From Macrostomum lignano (lineage: Eukaryota): a DNA stretch of 64,000 nucleotides. Location of the stretch: positions 91,898 through 155,897 of the forward strand of contig NIVC01001196.1 in assembly GCA_002269645.1 (NCBI GenBank), in the 5' to 3' direction. The first letter of the stretch is position 1; every line of letters starts with the position of its first letter. The position numbers and the translations under genes are program-made. The notes under the pieces are model-generated. The model searched no databases and had not been told where the DNA came from. It was given only the letters and a program-made list of their open reading frames with translations. Below are positions 36,301-48,545 of this stretch, in pieces.

Positions 36301-39300
36301 CCTTTAGGCCATGCAAACATAATAAAAAAATGAAATGATTACCCTTAGGTGATACTTTAACAAAAGAGAGTGAAATTAACTTACCTACAGAGCAAAGCTG
36401 GGGCATGCTGTAAAAAAGTAGCACTTTATTATAAGACTAAAAAACATAAGCTAGCTACATGTAAGTCTACTACGAGTATACACCAGAGCTATATAGCTGA
36501 CTTCTCAGATATTTTTGACTTCTTGCGCTTTGCTCTTTCATTGCTCTTCGCTCTTTCATCACTCATTCAGTGCTTCATCGCTATTTCAGTTGTCATTCCT
36601 CACATTGACTAGATTTCCTTCTTAGCCAGTAGCAGATGCTGCTGGTAGCCATCAGACTCCTCTGCTGCAACGTAACTTTTCAGTCGAGCGAGCACATTTT
36701 TAAGATAAGAAAATGTGCTCAACTTTCTATCGGGCACCAGATCATTGGCAAAGCCAATCTGCATCGATCCATCAATAACCTCTAAGTCACTTTTACTGAC
36801 CTCAAAGTCCAAAGTTTCATCTACTGTCACTGATGTTGCGATCTCTAACCTATCAGCAGAGGACCACACGGGTGGTGAAGAATGTTATCTGAGATTCGGA
36901 TGCGTGCTTGAAAAGCAGCGCAAATGATCGGGCAGCTTGAATGCCTGTAGATGATCAGAGAAGCCCCTAATAACATCGCTTTCGAAGAAGCTAAGGTAAG
37001 TCGCTCCTCAGAACAATTTTGCTCAAGTAGGATGGCGCGTTTGGAAAGATGCTGGGTACGGCATCAGAAGTCAACCGTCGGTTTTTCAGCTTCTTAGCTT
37101 GTCCATCTGCATTTCCAAATGCAGAGCGCTTGCATGTACGGCTGGAGTTGGAGCCCTGAAAATTCGATTCAGCTGCAGGGTCTCTGCCCTTCTGTAGAGT
37201 GAATGAGTCCATAACTGGAACAAATCTTGCAGCTGCTATCTTACAACTCTGTGCTTGATCAGCTCTACTTGTGGCTTTCTTCTGAGTGAGCGTAGAAGCA
37301 CAGGTGTGTATTTATAAGGCCAAGGGTATGCAAACAAATGCATTCTGCTTACAGCAGGAAGCACTCATAAAAATCAGATTTTCGTGGCATGAAAGTTATT
37401 AAAATAAGCCGCTAACTATATAAACAATAAGGCATATGATTTTTTAACAAAAATTTATACTTGTGGAAGCAAGCAAAAGTGACACTACTTCTGGGACTAA
37501 CCGCTTGTGTCTATGGCCATTACCATGTTTTCTCACTTCCAGGCACCCCCCATTGTCTAGCCATTTGACGATCATTGTTTAGCAATTTGACGATCACTAT
37601 TCACACTTTTAATGCAGAACAATCCATTACTACAAACAATGCATTGTCTGTAGGATCGTCAAACAGAAAAGCAATGCAAAGAATCAGCGGTCGCAGCACG
37701 TGACAACGATTTGTCTATGGCTCGCGCCGGTTATTTATCCATTATTCACACTTTTAATGCAGAACAATCCATTACTACAAGCAATGCATTATCTGTAGGA
37801 TCGTCAAACAGAAAAACAATGCAAAGAATCAGCGGTCGCAGCAGCGCTCGCCAGCCAATCGTCACGCACTGGGACCGCTGATTATTTATCCATTGTTATG
37901 CTGCTTGATGTTATGCTGCATTGTTGTTCTGCATAAAAATGTGAATAATGATGGTCAAATTGCTAGACAATGATCAACATATAAATTTCACAAAGATTTG
38001 TCTTTTTATATAGCGCTAAACGGGGTTTCTCATTTGGAGAGATCAGTCCAGAAAACGCGGATCGAAAAACTTTGAAAAGTGCATACAGGAGATATTGAAA
38101 AGATTTTGCTTTCGTGACGATCTTCAGCTAGATTCAGTTAGGGCTTTTAGCGTAGCGTCCTTCTGCTTCAATTTTTCATGATGAAAGGTAAAAATATTTA
38201 GAAATTTTTTGAAACTTTAAACTTACAAATCTGGGTAAAGTTGTAATAAAGTCGAAAGCCGAGGCCAGAGTACAATCCATCTGTATAAAATTTTACGTAG
38301 ATATCACGTGTTTTGGATCGATACCCCGATGGCGAAGGCGGATGACGCCTATTGACACGTGTGACAAAGCCATGATAATATCGACCTTTATGATTTTGAA
38401 CGCTTACGTAGTCACCGTCGTACATGTTTTGCATGTACCCGAAACTATAATACGAAAACCAAAACCGAACCTGATAACCAGGCGGTGCCGTAATATACCA
38501 ATCACACTGTACATTGCTCCAATAATAGGATACTCCGACGCCACTGTGGCTTACTACTTCACCTGTGCTGTCAGTCAAGTTGCGATTGTCTGGACAATCT
38601 GAAATTTACATAAATATTTTTCTTTAATTAACATAGTAAAAAACATAGATTCTGTATATTTAGCATTACTCCAATATCGGGTTTTGTTAAACATTTTTAA
38701 TTGTTGAAATGTTACAGACCCTCCCACAGCGTTACGAGTACTGCATATCCTCTTAAATTTCATATTGCTTGGTACAGAGGGCGTATGTAATTATCGATTT
38801 CTGAGCTCGAAGTATGGCTGGAAATACTTATAATAAGCTCATATTTTGTTACCTTGAGACCCTCATCTCAAAGCAACTTAAATTCTCTAAACCTCTTAAC
38901 TAAATGATGCAGCAAACGATTTATCTAGATACTAGCAAGACGAGAAATAGACATCTAACTACTGTAACTAATAATTGAGTATCATGATAGAACTCACAGT
39001 TTACTAGTTCAAACTTGATTTGAAAACCTGTGGACTCATAAGCTCCATTGGAACTAAACCTGATGCTGAAGTTGCCATCCACCTGAAGCGTCATGTCAGT
39101 GACAGCTTTCCAGCCGCACAAATTTACATTTAAGCTGCCACCTTTCCATGCCGCTGGCGTGCCTTGATTTACAGACAGACAATCTCCATTTCCAAGAGAT
39201 ACGCTGCCAATGTAGAGCTGATAAAACTTTCCGGAAACTGATGGCAAAGTCCAGTTGCAGGACATGTTTGTGGCGTATAAACTGTGTTGGTCGTAGCCGG

Positions 39301-40602
39301 GGTGGCTGACAATCGTTCCGGAAGAGTTGGAAGCGTCCTCAAACGTGACTGGTCCGCAAGCGCTGCTGTTGGCTGGTGAAATTTTGATTAAGCAAGAAGA
39401 TTACTACCAGTCATTCAAAGATAACGAAAATTAAACCGTTATCCTCATCGATGCATCCTTCTTATTGCATCTGTATGATATCATGATCCTATGATTCAAA
39501 ATTACTGATTTCTACAATGGGGGGTCATTTTTATAGATAAAAATCGCACAAAAAACTCACTCATTTTATAAACATGTATTTAGCGCCCTAAAGCAAAATT
39601 ATTCCACAACGGTTCGCAAGGTTGGACGGGAAGACAGAGCGCTGTCATGCGCCTCAAAGCTTTCAGTGAGGGGGGGGGGGCATGTCCTCCTGCCCCCGAC
39701 ATCCCACGCCCCTCCCCGTCAGCGACGCACCTCTCTGCGAGAGCTATTCAAATTTTACAATACAGCCAGGATCATACCTTCTGACCGCATTAATATACTA
39801 ATACGGTATGAATCAATGATTGACAACAGAATAACACAGCTGCAACTTACCTGATACGGTTGCGTTGTACTCTAAACGAAATCCTTTTCTGGCGTATTGG
39901 CTACTCGAATAAAAATGCACTGTCAGAATATTTGCGGATGAAACGAACTTCGGCGACTCGTAACCAACTGAGTCTTTTGCGCTAACAACTATAATTATGG
40001 ATGACGTTGTCAGGCCGTCGTACAGAGTCACTATGCCGTTTGGCGGCTCGAGATCCATGTAGGTGAACCGGACTACGACTCTTTTGCCAGGCGGCGCATC
40101 GAGCTGCCAGTAGCACTGCGAGTTGCTGCTGTAGTTTGTTGTGCCGGCTCCGCTGTGGCTGGCGATTTCGCCACCGGCCTCAGCTGACAGCCGCTGGAGC
40201 CCGCCGCTGCAGTCTGGTTGGGAAAGGTTGGTCAAAATGATTTTTACCGGTATAGCTGATTATAATGATTAACAGAAACATTGCCTTGCAGTATATTTTT
40301 CAAGAGCTAAAGTAAATTAGCCACGGTGATGAAAATTTATTAGTAATCGGGTAGCTACTTGAGCTACAATGTTTTATTATAAAATGCGAGTTATCAGCAG
40401 AAAACATGAGTAACTTACAGGCAGTTTGACTGCTGCACTTTGGCAGAAAGATCAACAAGGCACAAGCAACGAAGCCAAGCTGCCAAAGTAGTTTTTCTGC
40501 GACAGGAAAAATTGAAAGATGAATTATAAGCATAAATAAAGTATTAACCAGTTTTGTTATTTAAAACTAAATATTTAACTTACTGTCTTCCTGGTAGGTC
40601 AT
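30388..40602 (-). CDS. Multi-CUB-domain gene, paralog 2. Exons 40584-40602, 40419-40496, 39851-40213, 38998-39372, 38227-38598, 30388-30747 (signal peptide + 4 CUB); 3' part not seen
   Basis: GT-AG phase-1 exons give MTYQEDKKLLWQLGFVACALLIFLPKCSSQTA followed by four CUB repeats (C...G.I.SH...Y..N..C.W...GF.L.Y). Each exon matches an exon of the 52-60 kb gene. Confidence 0.85.
32812..33579 (+). pseudogene. Polinton/Maverick (adintovirus-like) minor capsid (penton) pseudogene, frameshifted
   Basis: PIRLD...YHVYLNDFTGWSNVPNVALANNKFYY, EIDFKND...MGLEAKVY, LNILIRSNL, VAGGHMLVEKP and EDGDGVDFNGEEFALTIAI follow the recalled Polinton penton pattern (PIEL...DF.TYNSIPN...NNKFYY...PPGY.I.E.P...DQDG..VNFRGE). 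Split across reading frames. Confidence 0.75.
33714..33881. mobile_element. MITE with GGG..TTTCATAAGACC terminal inverted repeats
   Basis: tttcataagaccgaaatttcaca ... tgtgaaatttcggtcttatgaaa; same family as 45442-45792. Confidence 0.75.
36120..36194. mobile_element. 75-bp P-superfamily-like MITE
   Basis: Perfect 13-bp TIR CATAGATCTTATA; flanks GTTTGCAC and GTTTGCAT (8-bp TSD, one mismatch); (AAGAATAT)n filler. Confidence 0.75.
36609..37212 (-). pseudogene. Degraded THAP-domain / P-element N-terminal fragment
   Basis: RRLTSDAVPSIFPNAPSYLSK resembles the AVPTIF box that ends THAP domains. The C2CH ligands are not clearly preserved. Confidence 0.5.
37570..37976. mobile_element. Foldback MITE with about 55-bp imperfect TIRs and an internal duplication
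   Basis: gatcattgtttagcaatttgacgatcactattcacac...gcagaac versus gttctgca...gtgaataatgatggtcaaattgctagacaatgatc. A second partial copy lies inverted at 43905-44130. Confidence 0.75.
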
Positions 40603-40689
40603 ATTAAAATATTTCAGAACTCTCTGGATTCTTCGAAATCGCCAAGAAAATTCTGCTGCACTTGCCTCTGAGAGATTTTCTCACAACAA

Positions 40690-42140
40690 GGCTTGCTTTA
40701 TACTAAAAAAATATTAGAAACACGGATGCTAGGCCTTCTCATGGCGTGCACCAATGCTTTTTCTCTTACCCAGGCTTACCCAGGGTTTACACAGAAATTC
40801 ACAAACAATTGAATGAAGCATCTTCAAATGGGTCGAATGGAAAAAGATAAGAGAGATTTTTTCAAAGGGTTTTCAAAGCATTTGTTCACTCGTATATAGC
40901 TAGTGGGTCTCGTGTTGCAGCATTTTGAGAGCGCAAACACAAGTAGCTAGTGCTCAAGAAGCAAACAGGGTATTATTCGTTTTTGCTCTACGAAACTGAG
41001 ACCATTTTGCAAGGCTAAACTTTATGAACTTGGAAAACTGTTTTGAGCAGAATCCGTAATTCTAAACAGGTTCATTGCTGAATTAAGGGCACATACATTG
41101 AAGATATAGCCTGTATAATACGAGCTTATTCATAAAAAGTTGTGAACTGATTATGCAAAGAACTTAAACGGTTAATTAATAACTTGACACCAACAGACAG
41201 GCTTTAAAGTCGTCTCTGAAAGCTGCATATTTTATTGAATGAAACATGGTGGCTTCTCATCCTTTTAAATAAAGGTCGAAATGTGGCATACAGCAGCAAA
41301 CAAATCAAATGCAGTACAGACATGATGGCCATAATCGACTTAATAATCAAAGCTCGGTGCAATTCTACTTTGACCGCGGGAAAGGAAAAGCGCAAGACCA
41401 GAGGTGGGCGAAAACAAAACCCCTGTGCGATCCAAAACTTATTGTTGCTAAGCATTGAATGTTCGAAGATAAAACGACAGAAAAAAATTTGAGCACAAGC
41501 GGAGACTGGACTAAATAGCGACCCATCCCCAACACACCAACGTCATACGTACCACATCCCAAACAAGCCAACCACCTCACCCCCCATCTTAAATGCCCTT
41601 ACGACCAACGCAGTTGCAAGGAAGGCTTGCTTTATACTCAACAAATATATAAAAAAAGTATTAGAAACACGGATGCTAGGCCTTCTCATAGCGTGCACCA
41701 ATGCTTTTAGCTACTCTCACCCAGGCTTACACAGAAATTTACAAACAATTAAACGAAGCATCTTCAAATGGGTCGAAGGAAAGAGATGAAAGAGCTGTTT
41801 TTCAAAGTGGTTTCAAGGCATTTGTTCACTATCGGGGTCTCGTATTTTAGCCGATTTTGAGCGCAAACAAAAGGAGTGCTCAAGAAGCAATTCAGGTACG
41901 AGCGTATAATTTGTTTTTGCTCTACGAAAATGAGGCCATTTTGCAAAGCTAAACTTAATGAACTTGGAAAAAATAGTTTGAAGCAGAATCCGTAATTCTA
42001 AAAAGACTCAGTTTAGAGCACAGCTAGACATTAAAGATTCAGCATGTATGATATTCACAAAAGTTGCGAATAGCCTAAGCAAAGAATTTAAACTTTTTAA
42101 TAACTTGACACCAACAGAAAGGCTGAAAGTTTTCTCTGTA
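40690..42140. repeat. About 0.5-kb duplicated segment upstream of CUB paralog 2 (40690-41200, 41620-42140), homologous to 60420-60790
   Basis: ggcttgctttatact...ttagaaacacggatgctaggccttctcat at about 40690 and 41625; gctaaactttatgaact...aatccgtaa in all three copies. Confidence 0.8.
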
Positions 42141-42467
42141 TTCTGTTTTGGGGCTGATGCGCCCAAGTAATGCTGTCTTAATTCAGGCAATAGGTTATTA
42201 TATTTTCTTTATTGTCAAATAGATCAAGCCTACTGGCAACGCTTTTGATTGTCACACGCTAGAGCAGATATTTTGACCATAGACTATGGTCTAATATTTA
42301 TTGGCTCGTACGAGTATTACGCGTTCAACGATTGCGTGCAAACAAGTTGCGCAGGAAAAAATATGAATATGAGAACAACAAGCAAAAAGCGAAACAAATA
42401 CGACTCATGTTGGTACAACAAAACGTGGTGAACACAGATGTTATTGCCCTGTTACGTATTCCTACTA

Positions 42468-42821
42468 CTAATTGATATTGATCGTGCAATTTGCGAACTG
42501 GCAGTTGGAGAACACTGCAGCATTGGTATCCTCACGAACAGTTGCTGTCTCGTGGCTGATGATGCTTTTGCTGCTAGTCGAGACGCAGGTACCGCTGCTG
42601 TAGGCATTCATACCGCGTAGTTCTAACGTAGCATCCACAGTAGTTGCCATGTCTTGAATGGCGCTGTCACGCATCCGGGAGAGATACCGCCGCACAGTAG
42701 ACTCCGTTTGTTGGCCAGTAATGCTCATGATGGCAGACACAGAATAGCCTGAATCTTTCAAATCAGCAATGCGAGTGACGCGGATGCAGTGGTTTGTATA
42801 TCCCTTGCTCAGGCCGCACAT
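42468..42821 (-). pseudogene. Tyrosine recombinase C-terminal fragment (Crypton/DUF3504-like)
   Basis: YTNHCIRVTRIADLKDSGYSVSAIMSITGQQTESTVRRY matches the YR H-x2-R...G(H)...Y box (cf. YTNHSLRAT...IM..TGH.S...Y); the conserved His is Gln here. Confidence 0.75.
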
Positions 42822-43904
42822 CTTGCTGATCCGCTTGCTAGTTCGGTAACCAGTGTAGAGATCTCCAGAAACAATACAAGTAGACTACTGTAAGTAGTAA
42901 CACAAAAATGCGAAAAACCTGAATGTTATAAAAATTGCAAATTGTCATGCTCCATTTTAAGACTGTGAATACAACGTACCACGAAGCGTGAGACAAGTTG
43001 CAACTATGGTGAAATATGATGAAATAAGTTGAAATCTGATGAAATATGAGTCGCGCTACTAAGTATATGCCAAAATTTCGACTATAAATATAAGCGTAAA
43101 ATCCGAGCTGAAACCTCAGACTCGGAGCAGCCTCAAAAGATTTTGTGGTTAGTTAGAGCAACTAATCGAGGCTATATCTCTAGGAGAGAAGCGTATCGAT
43201 TGTGAAGTGTTGTTTAAGTCTTCGTTATTTTGATTAATTGAGAGCGATTTTATTGCCGGCCGGCCGTTGTTGATCTGTTGACTTTACTGAGACTATTTGA
43301 GGCCTCCCATTTTCCTAAGGGATTGGATAGGATCTGCGGACCGATTCCGATACCCTTAGAGGATCATTGACTGTTGATTTGGATTATCCTAGATTAACCG
43401 ATAGGAGAACACGACTCCGATTCCGTTAGATCTAGAAGAAGACGCCCCCTTTGGAGGACCTCGCGTTAGAACTTGAGTTTATTAGGGCGCACTGTTGATA
43501 TTGATTTGGCACTCGAGGAACGTACTGAATCCCGCACTCAAGGAGATATTTCGACGTCGACTTCACTGTTCTGCTCTCACTCTCGGCCGACTTTGGACTT
43601 CGAAGACTTCAAGAAGATTCCTCCGGAGAAAAAGATTGGAAGAAGCGAACTCTACAAACGCGCGCAACAAAGAAGAAACAAGGAACGAGCTCGGAGAACC
43701 CGCCCGACACAGAAGAAGAGCCCGCCTCAGTAAGCGAACACGTTAAATTTGTTCCCAGGCTTAAGTGTCTGGAAGTGGGAGTTTTCAGGAGACTGATCAC
43801 CTCCCGAATCAACTCTTCACCAGAGCCAATTCGCTTGTTGTAACACCATCGAGGGATTCTACTAGTAAATGCTTCCAGTTGAACATCTTTCTCCAGTGTC
43901 TAAT

Positions 43905-44130
43905 AAACTAACAATGGATAAATAATCAGCGGTCCCAGTGCGTGACAACGATTGTCTGGCGAGCGCCGGTAGGCGCGAGCCATAGACAAATCGTTGTCAC
44001 GTGCTGCGACCGCTGATTCTTTGCATTGTTTTTCTGTTTGACGATCCTACAGACAATGCATTGTTTGTAGTAATGTATTGTTCTGCAATAAAAGTGTGAA
44101 TAATGATCGTCAAATTGCTAAACAATGTGT
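43905..44130. mobile_element. Partial copy of the 37570-37976 MITE, opposite orientation
   Basis: ggcgcgagccatagacaaatcgttgtcacgtgctgcgaccgctgattc is the reverse complement of about 37680-37728. Confidence 0.75.
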
Positions 44131-44610
44131 TTGTATTCTCAAAGGCTTCAGACTGCGCTTCTGTCCTCTTTCTGCTCAACAAAAGGTTCGCTTTCTGTTG
44201 GAGCTACTTTATGTCTATGGTTCAAGCCAGACCCTAGACGTTGAGACGGATGGCCTTAATTAATTCAATAGATGGAATGGCAGCGAAGATTTTGCGCTGC
44301 TTTGCGCGTATATTTATATTAGTGAAAACAGCGCGAGATTATTGAGGGGCCAAGGGAGGTGCGCACATGTGGCGTGGCGTGATTGGCTACGCCAACCCCC
44401 CTGGCTTAGCGAGCCGGCTAGCGCGGTGCGCCACCACCCCACCTCAGCTAGACAGAGGTTGGCGGGGGGTTTCCAGTGCGGCTGCACTGGTGCTGCCGGT
44501 CGCGTAGTCTGGCCGCCACAACGTCTAATTTTAGACATGCATTGCCACATATGTAGCAATGCATGATTGTCACACGCTTCGTGAGTGGCTTGATCAATAG
44601 GACAACAATA

Positions 44611-44711
44611 TTGTCTATATGATTTCTTCCATAGACAATGCTCGAAGCCACTCGTGGCTTCGCCGCTCGTGGCAATTCGTGCATTGTCTATATCAGAAAT
44701 CATATAGACAA
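44611..44711. repeat. 101-bp nested palindrome (miniature foldback element)
   Basis: Outer arms ttgtctatatgatttct / agaaatcatatagacaa; inner arms atagacaatgc / gcattgtctat; central cgaagccac-tc-gtggcttcg hairpin. Confidence 0.8.
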
Positions 44712-45441
44712 CTAACCATTGTCGCGGGGCGGCCGAGCACTTATGCATACTTTAGGCCATAGAAAGAACATAATGGTGAGTATGCCCCTCAATTAATCCA
44801 ACACTCTGGAAACTGCATGTTTTACTGACTGAAACATGGCGGTTTTGCATCCTTTTAAATAAAGATGCAGCAGCAAACTCATTAAATAAGTACGAACACG
44901 TTGGCCATGACCGACTTATTAATTAAAGCTGGGTGTAATTTTAATTAAACCGTGCGGAAAGGGAAAGAGCAAGGCCACAGAAGTGGCAAAAGAAACAAAA
45001 ATCTGCGCAAACCAAAACTTGCAAACGAATTTATCGCTACAAAACATTAAATTGTCCAAAAAGACGACTGAAAAATTGAGTACACGCAGAGAATGGACTA
45101 AATAGCACCCGAGCACGGCAGCCCCCCCCCCCCCAACACACCAACATCAAACGCACGCGCCCCACCCAAGCCAACCGCCTTACCCCCCCCCCCCCCCCAA
45201 TTTAAACGCCCTTACGATCAACACGGTGGAAATGGAGATATTAAACCACAAGGAAAGAAAAACAGTAAGACTAGGGGAGGCACGAAACGAAAATTCCAAA
45301 CACAAAACGGGGGAGAGGACAGGAAAGATGACAGGACTAAAAAAGCAGCAAAAACTACTCGTAAAAACGGAGGAGAAATACGGAAAAGCAATCAGTCAAT
45401 TCACAGCCTCAACAGCCGCTCCGATGCGACGAACAGCCACC

Positions 45442-45792
45442 TGGGGACGCTTTCATAAGACCTAAATTTCACAACGCCTAAAACCACTACCCTTCACAAC
45501 GCCTAAATTTCATATCGCCTAACTTTCACAACGCCTAAAATATTTGCACGCTCTTTCACATCGCTTAAATTTCATAACGTCTAAATTTCACAACAACTAA
45601 AATCTTTGCTTCTCTCCTTCACATTCAGTTTTAGGTGTTGTGAAATTTAGGCGATATGAAGTTTAGGCGATATGAAAGAGCATGCAGATTTTTAGGCGTT
45701 GTGAAATTTAGGCGATATGAAATTTAGGCGTTGTGAAGGAGGCTGCATTTTCGATTTTAGGCGTTGTGAAAAGGTCTTATGAAGCGCCCCCA
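45442..45792. mobile_element. MITE with TGGGG(G/A)CGCT(T)TCATAAGACC TIRs and a 5-bp TSD
   Basis: CCACC flanks both ends (45437-45441, 45793-45797); internal aaatttcacaacgcctaaaa repeats in both orientations. Confidence 0.75.
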
Positions 45793-46064
45793 CCACCTGC
45801 GCCTGCTGGCCCGCATAGAAATGAACGCATTGCTCTTCCAGTCGCAAATCGCTTTGATTTCCTCGCTCGCGATGCCCGCACGCCTCAGCACAGGATGTGC
45901 ATTGAAAGGTATTCGCAGTTTCTTGGAAGTCCAGTCTGGTGAAGGAACAAAGATATTGTAACTCGCGCTGGATACAAGCTGCAGTTGAGCTCATCCAGCT
46001 TCCCCCTGACTGCAGGGTGGAAAACAGAGGCCGTGTAGGAGGGGCTATGTCAATAGTGCAGGCT

Positions 46065-46313
46065 TAGGGGTCGGCAAACTCTGGCCCGTGAAGCCTCTCC
46101 ACCCAGCCCTCGGGTCAGTAAAAACTTCACAATTGCAATCTGGCCAGCTCAAGTTTAGTCTCTTCTTAGCTCTCTTCTTTCAATAATCTCTTCTCTTTCT
46201 CTCTTCTCCTCTCCATTCTCTCTTCTCTCTCCTCTCCATTCTCTCCCCTCCTCTTTTCTCCTCTACCCTCCTCAGTTATACACTAAATTCTCTAGAACAT
46301 TTTGCGACCCCTA
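46065..46313. mobile_element. hAT-like MITE with a CT-rich interior
   Basis: TAGGGGTCGGCAAA ... TTTGCGACCCCTA termini; no clean 8-bp TSD. Confidence 0.5.
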
Positions 46314-48286
46314 GTCTAGTGAGTTCCGGCTGAAGTGATTTTGGAGCTCACAAAGCGGACACAGCGAAGCACTCTTGCAGATGCAGGGCAGAATAACAAC
46401 GTAACGGCGCTCGTTGATTTGATTCGTCTTGGACAGGCGAACCGAAATCCGGGCTTCCTCGATGCCAAGGCGCAGATCGCTGACCAGCACCGCCTTTTCG
46501 ACGTTCGCCTGGTTGACAGCGCGGCTGACGATTGGCCGCTCGTAGCATCGCTCAGCAGCCGGCTAAGATGAGGCTCCACAGAGCAGCTCCAAGGCCACCG
46601 CAGTCGCAGCAGATGACTCGAGCCCAGCGCAGCCTTGAAAAGCCAGGCGCGAGAGTCCCGAGTCTGTCGTCATCGGAGAGTCGCTAAGTCGCAGCAGAGT
46701 GGCGATCGAGCTGATGAATGCCTGCTGGTTTGATTGTTGTGACAGAGAACAGCGAGCCCCACCCTCCACATGTTTTACATGTACCTCGACTGCAGCGTCG
46801 CCGGTGCGAAAGTGGCACAAGCCAGAGGGAAAATAAAGCTCGGTTGGCAGCCAAAAGGCACATGGAAAACAGGGTGGGTGCGGAAGCAGGTTCCAGGGCA
46901 TGCAAAGAAAATTGAAAGGAACCAACCAAAAAATGACTGTAAAAACGAGAGGAAAAAATCTATCAGAGCAATGCCTCCCGTCGGGAGAAGAGAGTCGGGG
47001 TCGGTGAGGAACTGGCGGTGACCGGGCAGGTAAAAGAACTTGAAGGTGATTTGTTGCTGCTGTCGCTGTAGAAAACCACCTGGTCTGATGAAGCCTGTTG
47101 CCACGCAGTGCTCGAATTGAGGCGCGAATTCGCGTCAGGGGCAAACCTGTGCTATCAATCGGAATGCGCGAAATTTATAACAATGGCGCGAACTATTGTG
47201 CCCCTGAATAGCGCAAAATTTTAGTCGAATTTCTTTTTTTGCCAGACAAACGAAGACATTTCGGAAGTTCTGGCGGCAAAGCAGGTCTGAAAGTAGATTT
47301 CCAGTCTGGTAGAAAAGCTCGTTGAGAGGCAAAGCTAAAAGAGAAAGGGGCGGCAAACCAGCTGCTGTTTAGGTAGTGCAAAGAAGTTCACTTAAAGCCG
47401 TGAGCAAGAGATTGAAGCTCTGCGTAAAAAACGTGAGCGCCTCCAAAAGCGCAAGGCAGACCAGCAAGGCGAAAGAAGTGCTAGTGCTAAAGCGAAGGCG
47501 AATGAGCTGGTGATGGCTAGCTCGGGGGTTACTGTGATCCCTGCGAGCAAGCTGCCGAAAATTCCAAGAAGTGAAAATTCTATGGGCTGTTGGTTTGTCT
47601 TTTGAATTAATGTTAGCTAAAATAGCTTGTGTTTCTAGTTTATGACTGTGTTTTTGTGAAAGAAAATTTCTAACAAAATGTTCAGTAAAACATTTCTGCA
47701 AGATAAAGACATTTAAGCCGACGTGTAAAACATGGAAAGGAACATATAGGTATTTGCTCTTATTTGTGTTTGTTTTTTCATTTTATAGCGCATAAAAAGC
47801 AGAATATTCAACGGGGTGGCTATCTAGTTGCGCACGCAATATACCTGCATGTGAACGTCTAGAAAAGTTGCGCAGGGGGTCACTCTGAACACTGCTGTTG
47901 AGAAGCCGCAGCAAAGCGTGAGCGAGCGATGACAGCCTCCTTAAAATTGATGTGCAGATCGGCCAAGCGGCCGTCCATGTTCGAGTCAAAATCAGCGAAA
48001 AGCCAATCGCTGAGCAGCGACTGTTGAGATGTTGAGAATGGCTGCGCCCGCCACCGATGCAGGCGTCAGTCTCCAAGGCCACGGCGTCGGAGAAGACGGG
48101 ACGGATCAGACGATCGTGGCAGCACCTTACGGCTGATGCTCACCGTTGCAAAAGATGCCGAAAACTCTCGCTAACCAGGCACTAGGCATTAAACTTGCAT
48201 CGTTGCTTAAATCTAAGCTGCAGTTGTAGTCTTTCTCTTTGGAATGGACTTGCTATTTGGGCCTCCATAAGTGGTTAAAGTGATGG

Positions 48287-48545
48287 CGCCCCTGGTGCTA
48301 AAGCCCCTGGTGCTAAAGCCCCTGGTGCTAAAGCCCCTGGTGCTAAAGCCCCTGGTGCTAAAGCCCCTGGTGCTAAAGCCCCTGGTGCTAAAGCCCCTGG
48401 TGCTAAAGCCCCTGGTGCTAAAGCCCCTGGTGCTAAAGCCCCTGGTGCTAAAGCCCCTGGTGCTAAAGCCCCTGGTGCTAAAGCCCCTGGTGCTAAAGCC
48501 CCTGGTGCTAAAGCCCCTGGTGCTAAAGTCCCTGGTGCTGCAAGG
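48287..48545. repeat. 15-bp minisatellite (ccctggtgctaaagc)n, about 17 units
   Basis: Near-perfect tandem array; same unit as 61585-62070. Confidence 0.95.

Noticed and set aside
42275-42291. 17-bp palindrome GACCATAG-A-CTATGGTC as a P-MITE footprint
   Set aside because: Too short and no flanking TSD; could be chance.
43150-43900. Coding-like ORFs at 43473-43812
   Set aside because: No recognizable motif in any frame; possibly a decayed TE but not supportable.
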